Below are positions 48,792 through 58,849 of a stretch of DNA of 64,000 nucleotides, piece after piece. A program made the position numbers and the translations under genes. Where the stretch lies: the NCBI GenBank assembly GCA_029258835.1, contig JAPDJY010000039.1, positions 1-64,000 on the forward strand, given 5' to 3'. Below the pieces are notes generated by a model. It made no database searches and was not told where the DNA came from. It saw only the letters and a program-made list of their open reading frames with translations. Within the stretch, counting starts at the first letter, position 1, and the number at the start of each line of letters is the position of its first letter. Source of the stretch: Thermoproteota archaeon. Its GTDB lineage: Archaea > Asgardarchaeota > Jordiarchaeia > Jordiarchaeales > Freyrarchaeaceae.

Positions 48792-49751
48792 TTAATTCCT
48801 CCTCTGAAAAGTTTCCCATAATGACATAAGATGATTTAGTGTTTCTAAGGGGTCCTTACTTGTTAGAGACGGAATAAGGTATCCTAAAGCATAGAAAAGA
48901 TGGCAGAGTAAGTTGATTCTTCGATAAAAAATGTAGCCTAATGCTGAGCCTATAAGGATCCCCACGTTAACCGCGATCTTGCTAAGGTTACGGCCGAAAA
49001 GAAAGTAGTCACCCATGCTTATTCTATATGCCCTCTCAAACAGGTTTTTGGGGTCGAGCCTTTGACACCAAAGCTTATGGAAGACTTCTGCCCTCGGCTC
49101 GTAGACAACCCTAAAACCAGCCCGTCTAAGCCGTTCACTAATGCTAATTTCTTCGCCGAAGAGCTTTACGTTTTTTGGACCTAATGCTTCTCGGAAGCCT
49201 CCAACTCTTAATGCTATGTCCCGTCTTAAAGCCATGTTGCCGCCGATTGGAAAGAACAGGTCTCTGGGTTTTTCTCCCCAGTCCGTTAAACCCATTATGC
49301 CATAAACGTCTCTCCTGAACCATGATGGTTTCTTTCCCAATAATAGGGGGGATATTTTCCCTCCCACGCAGGCTATAGTTTCCGATTTAAAAGGAGAAAT
49401 TATATTTTTAAGCCAGTCATTTTTAGCTAGGCAATCATCATCTATGAAGGCTACAAAGTTGCCACGGGCAACTCTTAACCCGTAATTTCTTGCTTCAGCT
49501 ATGCTGATCCTCTGGGAAGGAGTGATCAACCTGAAATTCTCATAATCATTAAACATTTCACTTAAAATTTCCCCTGTTCCATCCTGAGAAAGATTATCGA
49601 TAACTAGCACTTCATAGTTTCTGAAGTTTTGGTTAAAAATGCTTTTTAAACATTCAATAACATGGTTAACTCGGTTATACGTTAAAATAACCACGGATGC
49701 AAGTGGATGCTTAACTTTAACCATCCTCCAAGGTCCTCCATCTCCAGACAT
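48792..49751 (-). CDS. GT2 glycosyltransferase
   Basis: VILTYNR, IDNLSQDGT, ARNYG, FIDDD, GGNMA, GEE. Confidence 0.92.
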   Translation of the reverse strand: MSGDGGPWRMVKVKHPLASVVILTYNRVNHVIECLKSIFNQNFRNYEVLVIDNLSQDGTGEILSEMFNDYENFRLITPSQRISIAEARNYGLRVARGNFVAFIDDDCLAKNDWLKNIISPFKSETIACVGGKISPLLLGKKPSWFRRDVYGIMGLTDWGEKPRDLFFPIGGNMALRRDIALRVGGFREALGPKNVKLFGEEISISERLRRAGFRVVYEPRAEVFHKLWCQRLDPKNLFERAYRISMGDYFLFGRNLSKIAVNVGILIGSALGYIFYRRINLLCHLFYALGYLIPSLTSKDPLETLNHLMSLWETFQRRN

Positions 49752-49879
49752 TAATAAAAATTAATTATTAATTTTTTTCTTTGTTATTTTACTTTTAGGG
49801 ACGAGGAAGCAAGCTTCTTTAGTTTGGGAAACTAAGTGATTTCTTGCTTCGAAAAAATTTTTCTACAGAGGGAAGTTTA

Positions 49880-51390
49880 AAGCTGATATGGGATGGTGTG
49901 AACCAAGAGGGAAAGCGGAACTTGTCAAGGAAAGAATCTTTAAGAGGCGGTTTAGGAAGAGAAACATGCACCGTGTGAGTTTTCAAGAGAAGATTGAAAG
50001 TCATGGTGGAGCTGCTTATTCCTGCACTCACGAAGATGGAAGTATTCTTAGAGTAGCTGAGTACGGACGTCACTGGCGAAAAAGCATTTATTAAAACCCA
50101 ATTGTACAAAACAAATACCACCCGACCTTTTCGATATAAATAAGTCGGCTAAAAAGAATAATGGAAAGAAATGGAGTAAGGGTTAAGAGCCGAATAAACA
50201 GCTCATTGAAGCTTGTCCAGCTACACTTAAGCTGTAGTAGACGTGTTGTGGATTATAAGACGAAGGAAATTCATATAGGGGAAAGCGTGATATGAAGTGG
50301 GAGTACTAACAGGATGCTCTACAAGTTAGGATATAGTCAAACTTTTCTAGCGAGAAATACCGAAAAATCTCTTCATCAACTTCTCCGATGATGAATACGG
50401 TGATGGAGGGTTCACCCCGAACGTTGGGAGGCTTTCTTATGAGGTAAACGAAAAGTTTTCAGACGTGAAAGCCCCAATGTTTTTCTTCAAGAAGAAAAAC
50501 ATTAACATTTCATTAAATCATAGTAATGCACTTACACCTTATGCTCTTAAGAACTTCAATGTTTTCGACTTTAAACCCGAAAATTTAGGCATTAGAATTT
50601 CATGGTGTTTCAACTAAAGACTCCCAGAAGCGCCATCCAAATAAAACTTCTTGGAATTAGGTAGGTGAAATTTTTGGCTGAAGATTAGTCCTCATAATTT
50701 ATAGGGTTGACGAATAACTTTATAAGATCCCAATAGAGAGGAAGAAAAACCCATCGCATTATGAAGTTCATGACCGAGGGTTTGATCCGCATAGATCCAC
50801 TTCAGCAAAGTGGACTCCATTCATTCCTGATAAGCTTGTGCGCAGCATCCTTATCACGTATATTGGTTCTTGCGTCTTGGATGCTTAGAAGGCTTAGCCA
50901 TAAAGGAGTAAAGGTCGTGCATGTTATAGTGGGAGCGCTGGTGGGATGAGGAGCTATTAGTGCGTAGGAAGCTTAGAAGGATAAACCTTGCTTTGGCAAG
51001 TGAGAACCAAGTTGCTTTAGAGAAGTATAGGAGAAGAGTACTGGCTTTTCAGAGAAGGGTATGGAATTTTTGCCGATTGACATTAAGGAGGAGAGAAGCA
51101 GCCTTTAATCTCCTTATAAATGGCAGGAGCCTTGAGCTTAGCACAGATAAATTGTCTTCGATTAGAACAGTGATTCACGCACCTAAGATGGGATGAGAAT
51201 GTAAAAATTTCTCCCCAGCTTATGAAGAGGACACTATTTCAAGTACCTCTACTTTTCAGGATGCAATGGTGCTTATGGGCCAGTAACAACATTTAGAGAG
51301 AGCCATCTCTGAACGAGGACGCACCCCTTAAAAGAGCACGCATTGGACGTGGTGAACATCATTAAGGTTAGGTTGAAGGCTGGGGGCTGT
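49880..51390 (+). pseudogene. Probable decayed IS200/IS605-type TnpB remnant
   Basis: About 1.5 kb with no long ORF. Stop-broken fragments occur in TnpB-like order: SILRVAEYGRHWRKSIY, NGVRVK...IHIGESVI, LSYEVNEK (RuvC-I-like), RRKLRRI...LEKYRRR. Similarity judged by eye. Confidence 0.35.
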
Positions 51391-52721
51391 TAAAGAGGAG
51401 TGAGCTTGGCTATAAAGAAGCCGTTTGTTCCGTGCCTGTGAGGGAAGAAACGCCTAATTTTAGATGAGCAGACAAAACCAGGATAACCTTTATCTCCCGG
51501 TATTTCAGGATCTACGAGTTCGGCCTTATCTAAGACGCCGTCAACAACTGCTTCCCCCTCCTCTGGAAAAACGGAGCAGACAGAATAAACAACCACCCCG
51601 TCGTCTTTAACTATTTTGAGAGCGTTCTCAAGCAAGGCCTTCTGAATTGAAACGTAACTTTCAATCTGCTTTTCATTAATTTTCCACTTAGCCTCGGGCG
51701 TGGACGATAAGGTGCCACTTGACGTGCAAGGGGCATCAACAAGTACGCGGTCATAATACTCGCCTGAGAGACTCCTAGAGTCAGCTACTAGAACACGCAC
51801 GTTTTTAACACCGGAAAGTTCTAGTATCCGTTTCATGCGTGAAACACGTTCTGGCGAAATGTCCACGGCGGTAAGTTCACCATCGCCCTTCATCTTCTGG
51901 GCTATAAGAGCGGTTTTCATACCGGGTGCCGCACACGCATCAAGGATTCTTTCTCCTGGACGAGGGGAGAGGGCGTAAACGGCAGCCACACTAGCCTTAT
52001 CTTGAATGATTATTCTCCTATCTTCGAAGTATGGCGTTAAGGGAAGAGGGAATTCTGCGTCGACGACCTTAAAAACGTCGGGGAAGTCCTTATCTTGCTC
52101 AACAAGAATACCTTCTTTCTCAAAGAATGCTAAGGCGTCCTCGACCTGCATTTTAAGTTCATTAATTCTAAACCAGACAGTTTTACTTAAGAGGTTTGCT
52201 TTCATCAACTCTACGGCTTCGTTTTCTCCAAGAAGCGAGATAAATTTCTTGACTAAGAAGGAGGGATGAGAGTATAAGATACTTAACCGCTCCAGTTTGC
52301 CTAAGTTTTTCAAGCCGTCTTCCAGCGAAAAAGACTTAACTTTTTTTATTATAATTCGGGTTTTGGCAGCTTCCTTCCTTCCGAACTTTTTTAGGAGCAA
52401 ACCATAAACCTTCCGTTCTACGTCAACTTTGCTCTGATTAAATTTAAGTTCTAAAGTTGCTATTCTTAGCAGGTTTCTGACGAAAGGATTAAGGTTCTTG
52501 AAAGCCAGCTTTCCTCCAACTGCTTTTTGGAGGATGAAATCTATAGTGTTAAGTCTTTTAGTGGTTTCCATGATCAAGCCGAAGGCGCTAGTTCTAGTTT
52601 TCACGTCCATAACATTAAGCTCATCCGTTAGACTGTAAAAAAGAGATCTCAAGGACGGCTTCATCTTATCTGCTTCAAACCTAGATAGAACCTCAGCTGC
52701 TATTTCTCTACTGAAAGTCAA
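51390..52721 (-). CDS. RsmB/NOP-family RNA m5C methyltransferase with NusB-like N-terminus
   Basis: RNLLRIATLEL, YSHP, IQDKAS, DACAAPGMKT, DAPCTSSG, YSVCS, TNGFFIA. Confidence 0.92.
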   Translation of the reverse strand: MTFSREIAAEVLSRFEADKMKPSLRSLFYSLTDELNVMDVKTRTSAFGLIMETTKRLNTIDFILQKAVGGKLAFKNLNPFVRNLLRIATLELKFNQSKVDVERKVYGLLLKKFGRKEAAKTRIIIKKVKSFSLEDGLKNLGKLERLSILYSHPSFLVKKFISLLGENEAVELMKANLLSKTVWFRINELKMQVEDALAFFEKEGILVEQDKDFPDVFKVVDAEFPLPLTPYFEDRRIIIQDKASVAAVYALSPRPGERILDACAAPGMKTALIAQKMKGDGELTAVDISPERVSRMKRILELSGVKNVRVLVADSRSLSGEYYDRVLVDAPCTSSGTLSSTPEAKWKINEKQIESYVSIQKALLENALKIVKDDGVVVYSVCSVFPEEGEAVVDGVLDKAELVDPEIPGDKGYPGFVCSSKIRRFFPHRHGTNGFFIAKLTPL

Positions 52722-52733
52722 TAAAACCCCCTC

Positions 52734-53825
52734 CTACTTGAAGCAGTCCCAGTACTCGCTATGAACCACTTTAACTTCGTCTATGATTTTCTTAGCAGCT
52801 TCAAGTATTTCAGGTGAGTTTAACCAGCTTGGCGGTTTAAAGACTTCTTTTAGCTCCATGTTTACACCTGCAATGCCAAGAATTATAGCAGTCCAGGCTT
52901 TAGGAAGAACCACAGGATTGTAGCCACTCCCAATGAGGTCTACGAGACGGCCACTACAAACCTCGTCTGCAGCACGTTTCACGTATTCTCCGATCATTTT
53001 AAATCCGCTTAATGAAAGGCCTAGGTTGGTTAACGCATCCCCCCAGTGAGGATCACTCCCTCCATTTCTAATTATAACATCAGGCTTAAATTCTCTAGCA
53101 ACAGGCATGAATATTTCCTCTAGGACTAACTTGTAAACATCATCACCAGAGCGGGGGGGAAGAGGAACACATATAGTGAAGCCTTTGCCTTCCTCAGCAC
53201 CTACCTCCCATATGAAGCCTTTGCCAGGGTAGAGAGTGCGAGGATCCTGATGAACTGAAATGAAAAGCACACTAGGGTCCTCGTAGAAAATATCCATTGT
53301 CCCGTCCCCTGCGTGGGCGTCGGTGTCAAGTATTAAGATGCGTTTAAAACCGTAATCTTCAAGTAACATTTTCGCACAGACGGCAACATCGTTAAATATG
53401 CAGAAGCCGCCGCCGTAGTCTATGCCTGCATGATGCATGCCCCCACCTATCCCGACGGCACACTCACATTTCCCCTCGGCGACCGCTCTGCCAGCCGTCA
53501 CGGATACGGAGACGATCAACTTGGCATATTCGTCCATTCCTGGTTTAAGGGGGGTATCAAGTGAAAGGTAGCCACCCTTCTGAGCAAGACGCTTAACATA
53601 CTTAACGTAGTCGGGGTCATGAACGCATAAAAGGTCTTCATCGTCAACCAGTTCAGGTTCAACCAGCCTGAAAAGGGGATTTTTGTGGAGGCCTAATTCA
53701 ACAAAGTAATTGATGAAGTTAACGAAACGGTCTCCTCTAAAAGGATGCCCCTCACCGAAGTCGTAGCCTTCAAGCTCTCTACTGTAAACGACTTCTACGA
53801 CCACCCCACCCCACTCCTTTAACAT
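52734..53825 (-). CDS. Histone deacetylase / acetoin utilisation (AcuC) family protein
   Basis: GHPF, GGMHHA, GFCIFND, DTDAHAGDG, SVHQ, GSDPHWGD, GSGY. Confidence 0.93.
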   Translation of the reverse strand: MLKEWGGVVVEVVYSRELEGYDFGEGHPFRGDRFVNFINYFVELGLHKNPLFRLVEPELVDDEDLLCVHDPDYVKYVKRLAQKGGYLSLDTPLKPGMDEYAKLIVSVSVTAGRAVAEGKCECAVGIGGGMHHAGIDYGGGFCIFNDVAVCAKMLLEDYGFKRILILDTDAHAGDGTMDIFYEDPSVLFISVHQDPRTLYPGKGFIWEVGAEEGKGFTICVPLPPRSGDDVYKLVLEEIFMPVAREFKPDVIIRNGGSDPHWGDALTNLGLSLSGFKMIGEYVKRAADEVCSGRLVDLIGSGYNPVVLPKAWTAIILGIAGVNMELKEVFKPPSWLNSPEILEAAKKIIDEVKVVHSEYWDCFK

Positions 53826-54097
53826 GTCCCAGTTAAACCACTCCTCCTGAAGATCCCATTAATTTTAATTTTTAAACTTTTCTTCAATTTTAAACTCGAG
53901 GCCAAGGAAATCTTGAATATAGGAAAATAAGACTGGAAACTCTTTAGGAAAAATTGTTAAAACAATTAGTAAGATCGGCAAATAATTCTAACTTTCAATT
54001 TAAAGCACGTATGCCTTTTCCAGAAATTTTATTTTTAAAGCCAACAAAAATGGGATGTTAGGTAATAAACCTGCATTCATAAATAGGTGAATAGCTA

Positions 54098-57000
54098 ATG
54101 GCATCTACTAGACAGAAGGCACTAGTGGCGCTTCTTCTATTAGGGCTTCTCCTAGGAGCCGGAGCAGGATACTATGTTATAACGTCCATTAACCAACAGG
54201 GAGGATTATTCAACCAAGCATTAGGATTCATTTTTCCAAACTATTTCCACCATATACCTTATGCTTACGCCTCACCGCTCACTTTGCAGCTCGACATGAA
54301 CTGGCTGGAACAAATATTCAAGAATATTCCTAAGGACTTTAAGATACCTGAAGAACTGCAAAATGTACCGGTCGATTATATACCACCCATCCATCAGTTC
54401 TCCGCTGGACTGATCGACCCTGAAGCCACCGTTATGATCGTAATACCACATGATCCTAACTACCCTCATCAGTACTGGAAAGTTTCAACTTTTGACTACT
54501 ATGGCGAAGGGGACTGGTATAAAACACAGTTGAACACTTACCCCATAAGTATTACGGCTCCCTCCTCTCTTCCTCCAAATGCGCAATTCTTCACTATAAT
54601 AATGAATATAACCCACGACGTTTCATCCTCAACCGCACTTCCAGTATTGTATCCCGACCCGTACTTCACTACAGAAATATCTTCATCCCAAGGAGACCTT
54701 AACGACGCGGAAATTGAACGTGACGAATACAATAATTCGCGAGTAAACCTTTTCTTCACGGATAAAGGAGTGTCAGAAATAAGTTATGATGTCGCAGGAG
54801 TACCCCCCGACACTGACTGGGTCTCCAGCAATGCTATGCCCGCAACATATACTCCGCCAGCAATACGCGACGTCTATACTCAGCTACCTTCAAGCCTAGC
54901 AAATGACCCAACATTCAAAAGCTTCGCCGATAGCTTTTCGGGTGTAGGCAACAACGCATATGAGGTAGCTCAAGCGGTTCAAGCGGAGCTGCTCTCAGGG
55001 AAGTACATAAACAATATAACACGCTTAACCGAGGGTGCTCCGTTGACGGACGAGGACCCGGTGGTAAGATTCCTGAAGGAAAAAGAAGGGACATGCATAG
55101 ATTTTGCTTCAACGTTCGTTACAACGCTGCGCTACCTAGGAGTCTCAGCAAGGCTAGTGATAGGATACGATGACCGCTATGCTCAGGCAGACTACTCCGG
55201 TGGCACCCTGAAGTATATCATTAAAGCATTTAACATATACGCTTGGGCTGAGGTCTGGGTGCCCACATCGCCTAGCGGGGAGGGCATATGGGTACCGTTT
55301 GACCCAACTCCGCCACCAACCATAACGTTTCCGTCAGGAACAGAATGGATCGACCAGCAATTCAACGTCCCACCAGAACTTATAGGAAGCTTGGGTCCAA
55401 TAGCTCTATTCTCTTACGGCCTATCAACGGAGACCACTGTTTTCACGGCTAAACCAGAAGAACCGGGGTTTGCCGTAAGGTACTGGAGAGTTAAAGCGTA
55501 CAATTACTACTCTGACGGGGAGTGGAACTGTACAAACCAGACGAGGTATGAACTGCAAACTTGGACTAAAAGCAAGCTAGAAAGCACTATCCCCGAAACG
55601 TTCGAATACTACAACGTTCTTATGAACGTAAGCCACGATGTGAACCTCACAATAGTTATACCGATCCCATTCCCCGGCCCATACATCCTAAACGGTTCAA
55701 GCTACACCATATCGTCGGTGCAGGGAGATATGACGAGCGCCTCACTCAGCCAAGATATATTTAATAACACGTACCTTAACGCGCTTTTCACAGACTCAGG
55801 CACATCGACTCTGAACTACACCATAGCAGTCTACAACTTAGACCTGTCAGCCATAAATAGTTCAGCTCAGCCACCATCTACCGGAAACATACCTGAAGAA
55901 ATAAGTGAACTTTACCTGCAAATTCCATCTACTTTGGAGTCGGATCCAACATTTACTGATTTTGTGAATACCATAGAAAGTGGAGATAACGCTTATGAAA
56001 CAGCGCTAAACGCTCTTAACAGGTTAACGTCCGGAGAGTACATATATAATGCTTCGATGATGGTGAGCGGAGTGAACATTCAAGAAGACCCGATAGTCTG
56101 GTTCTTAAAAAACAAGGTTGGAACGCCTATTCTTTTCGCGTCAACTTATGTCATGGCGCTACGCCATTTTGGAATACCTGCAAGACTAGTCATAGGATAC
56201 CTGACGCAGAACACAACGAGTGATGGGGAGGTTGTACACGAGGCTAAGAACATTTACATTTATGCTTGGGCTGAGGTCTGGATTCCCACGGGAGAAGGGA
56301 ACGGATATTGGGTTTCATTTGATCCAACTCCAGACCCGCTTCCAGCGACGTTTGCAACTATAAATGGTTTTATACTGTGGGACAGGATGCAGAGAGACGA
56401 CCCGAATGTGCAGTTTACGGACTACGAGGTTTCGATATCGACGTCCTCCAGTACGATAACCAGAGGGAACGCCCTTGACGTAACCGTGAACGTAAAGAGG
56501 GATGGGGCAGCGCAGGCAAACTGTTTGGTTGAAGTTTTCACCTATGATCCCTGGGAGCAGAAGAACTACTCAGCTGGTAGTGGGGTAACGAATGGTGGTG
56601 GAAGCGTAACGGTCACTATAACTGTTGACAATAAGATAAAGATAGGGAACCTCACGATAATAGCAAAGGTTCACAATGGTTCAAGCAGCAACGATCCTCT
56701 CATCGCACATAACTATACGGCAGAGGTGATTTTAGAAGGAGATACTGCGATGAGCGCTGAAGTAAAGTCTACAGCACCATACACAACCGATACAACGCTC
56801 ATAAGAAGTGACGGAACAGTTAGAATAAATGGAACGTTATATGATCCAAACTATTCCGGAACGAATTCAGGAGTACCTTACGTGAAGGTTACGATAACGA
56901 TGGATGGAAACAGCGTTGGTGAAGTATATACCGATGGTGAGGGATACTTTGAGTACGAGTACCCTGATAATGGGAGTCTAAATCTCACAGACTACAAGTT

Positions 57001-58849
57001 CCAAGCCCAGTATAGTGATCCTGCAGGGCACTTTGGTGCTTCGTCAGCTCCGTCCCCAGCCACGGTGATCAGCGTTTACGCTCGTTCAAAGGTAACCATA
57101 ACGCTTGACCCAGCTGACGCCATTAAAAAAGGAAGCGACCTCACATTTATATCACAGCTCACCTTCGATAACGGAACATCTATAGAAGAAGAAACGAGCG
57201 TTGTCGCTCACTGGTGTGACAGTACAAACACCGAGATAAGAACGTACAGCTTGGCGGATGCGGGTGGTGGAACATATAAGCATACGGCGACGATAAACGA
57301 TCAGCAAGGATATTATAATGTGTATGTTACGTATAATGGGACAACTGGAAGTGGAGGACGCATACTGGGTTCCACCTCTGAAAGCAAGACCATACTAGTT
57401 TATGAGGGAGGGCTTATCTGGATCGACGACGCTCCGGCAGAGGCTTACAGAGGCGAAACGGCGTGGTTTGGCGGGAGTGTGAAAGATGAGGCGGGAAATC
57501 CCGTGGCGGACATTATGCTTCAGTTCCATTTCATAAACGATAGCGGTGCCGTGTACGTGTATAATTCAAGCGAGAAAACGGGGGCGGACGGAGCCTTTTA
57601 CTGTGGAGTACCTATACCCCCAAGCTTATCTCCTGGAACCTATAGTGTTGAAGCAGTTAGCCTCAACGCCACGCTTAACGCGCTAAGTAACAGTGTAGAT
57701 GTACAGGTAAAGACCAAAACGGCGATTGAGCTCTCCGGGTTCACCGTTTCATCGTTTACATTAACATTTTCAGCAAAGCAGGCTGAGAAGATCATTGGGT
57801 CATATATGCCTAGCGAGTATGCTTTCATAACAGCTACTGTCATTGATCAGGCAACGCAGACACCTTTGGATGGGTTAGAGTTTACGGTATATTACCAAGG
57901 TAACGCCCTTGCAAGCAACGTAACGGATAGTAATGGTTTCCTCAACATAACACTGGAGCCTGATGATTTGGCTTCTCTCCCAGTTAACGCTATTTCAGAG
58001 TTGACGCTGAGTTACCCTGGAAATGAAACACTAGGCCCAGTTTCAGTTAAGTTTTTAATTCACATCTTTAATGAGGCGAGCATCGATATAGATACGCCTG
58101 AGAATGCAGTTATTGGGGAGCCATTTACAATTAACGTGACAGTGAGGGATCCTAATGGAAACCCTGTCATTGGGCGAGAGTTCGCTGTTTACTGGAACGT
58201 GACGGCGCTCATTGGCTCGTCCGAGACGGGGAGTAACGGTAATGGAAGCCTTGTTTACAACGTGCCTGGCGACGTTGTTGAAGGAAACGTGAAACTTTAT
58301 GTTGTTTTAGATAGTGGGGATTCCGGTATGGTAACGGTACCTGTTGTAAAACAAAGATTTCCGGGAGGTTTGAATATGATGATGTTGTATCTCGCACTGC
58401 AGATTGAGGGTTCAACCCCTATTTTACCGCTCGCCATAATAGGAGTTATAGTAGCCTTACTAATCGTATTAGTTTACGTTTACATTTCACGGAGAAGAAG
58501 GATCGTAGCGAAGAAACCTAAGGAATTCAAGTGGGAGATTAGCGAGTTAGAGGAGCTTGTTAAGGCAGGGAAGTTTAAGGACGCGGTTATCCGAATTTAC
58601 AAGATGTACGTTGAACTTCTTAGTGCTAATATGGGATTAGAGCGTGAGCCACATGAGACGACAAGAGATTTAGCAAAGAAGGCAATTAAGAATGGACTAA
58701 CGCCAAGGCTTGTCAACTCTATAACTCAACTATTTGAGAAAGCACGTTTCAGCAGGCACCAGGTGACCGGTAATGATTATAATGAAGCTGCCAAAACGTT
58801 CACTGAGATTTATAATGAAATCGTTGGGGGAGCAATAAGCCTTGGGTAA
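54098..58849 (+). CDS. Giant membrane-anchored surface protein: 2x transglutaminase-like domains, Ig-like repeats, TM, DUF4129-like tail
   Basis: N-terminal TM; two YW[KR]...FAS...ARLVIGY...AWAEVW...FDPTP units; beta-rich repeats (TDGEGYF, TGADGAF, TDSNGF); TM; HETTRD...ITQLFEKARFS. Confidence 0.85.
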   Translation: MASTRQKALVALLLLGLLLGAGAGYYVITSINQQGGLFNQALGFIFPNYFHHIPYAYASPLTLQLDMNWLEQIFKNIPKDFKIPEELQNVPVDYIPPIHQFSAGLIDPEATVMIVIPHDPNYPHQYWKVSTFDYYGEGDWYKTQLNTYPISITAPSSLPPNAQFFTIIMNITHDVSSSTALPVLYPDPYFTTEISSSQGDLNDAEIERDEYNNSRVNLFFTDKGVSEISYDVAGVPPDTDWVSSNAMPATYTPPAIRDVYTQLPSSLANDPTFKSFADSFSGVGNNAYEVAQAVQAELLSGKYINNITRLTEGAPLTDEDPVVRFLKEKEGTCIDFASTFVTTLRYLGVSARLVIGYDDRYAQADYSGGTLKYIIKAFNIYAWAEVWVPTSPSGEGIWVPFDPTPPPTITFPSGTEWIDQQFNVPPELIGSLGPIALFSYGLSTETTVFTAKPEEPGFAVRYWRVKAYNYYSDGEWNCTNQTRYELQTWTKSKLESTIPETFEYYNVLMNVSHDVNLTIVIPIPFPGPYILNGSSYTISSVQGDMTSASLSQDIFNNTYLNALFTDSGTSTLNYTIAVYNLDLSAINSSAQPPSTGNIPEEISELYLQIPSTLESDPTFTDFVNTIESGDNAYETALNALNRLTSGEYIYNASMMVSGVNIQEDPIVWFLKNKVGTPILFASTYVMALRHFGIPARLVIGYLTQNTTSDGEVVHEAKNIYIYAWAEVWIPTGEGNGYWVSFDPTPDPLPATFATINGFILWDRMQRDDPNVQFTDYEVSISTSSSTITRGNALDVTVNVKRDGAAQANCLVEVFTYDPWEQKNYSAGSGVTNGGGSVTVTITVDNKIKIGNLTIIAKVHNGSSSNDPLIAHNYTAEVILEGDTAMSAEVKSTAPYTTDTTLIRSDGTVRINGTLYDPNYSGTNSGVPYVKVTITMDGNSVGEVYTDGEGYFEYEYPDNGSLNLTDYKFQAQYSDPAGHFGASSAPSPATVISVYARSKVTITLDPADAIKKGSDLTFISQLTFDNGTSIEEETSVVAHWCDSTNTEIRTYSLADAGGGTYKHTATINDQQGYYNVYVTYNGTTGSGGRILGSTSESKTILVYEGGLIWIDDAPAEAYRGETAWFGGSVKDEAGNPVADIMLQFHFINDSGAVYVYNSSEKTGADGAFYCGVPIPPSLSPGTYSVEAVSLNATLNALSNSVDVQVKTKTAIELSGFTVSSFTLTFSAKQAEKIIGSYMPSEYAFITATVIDQATQTPLDGLEFTVYYQGNALASNVTDSNGFLNITLEPDDLASLPVNAISELTLSYPGNETLGPVSVKFLIHIFNEASIDIDTPENAVIGEPFTINVTVRDPNGNPVIGREFAVYWNVTALIGSSETGSNGNGSLVYNVPGDVVEGNVKLYVVLDSGDSGMVTVPVVKQRFPGGLNMMMLYLALQIEGSTPILPLAIIGVIVALLIVLVYVYISRRRRIVAKKPKEFKWEISELEELVKAGKFKDAVIRIYKMYVELLSANMGLEREPHETTRDLAKKAIKNGLTPRLVNSITQLFEKARFSRHQVTGNDYNEAAKTFTEIYNEIVGGAISLG

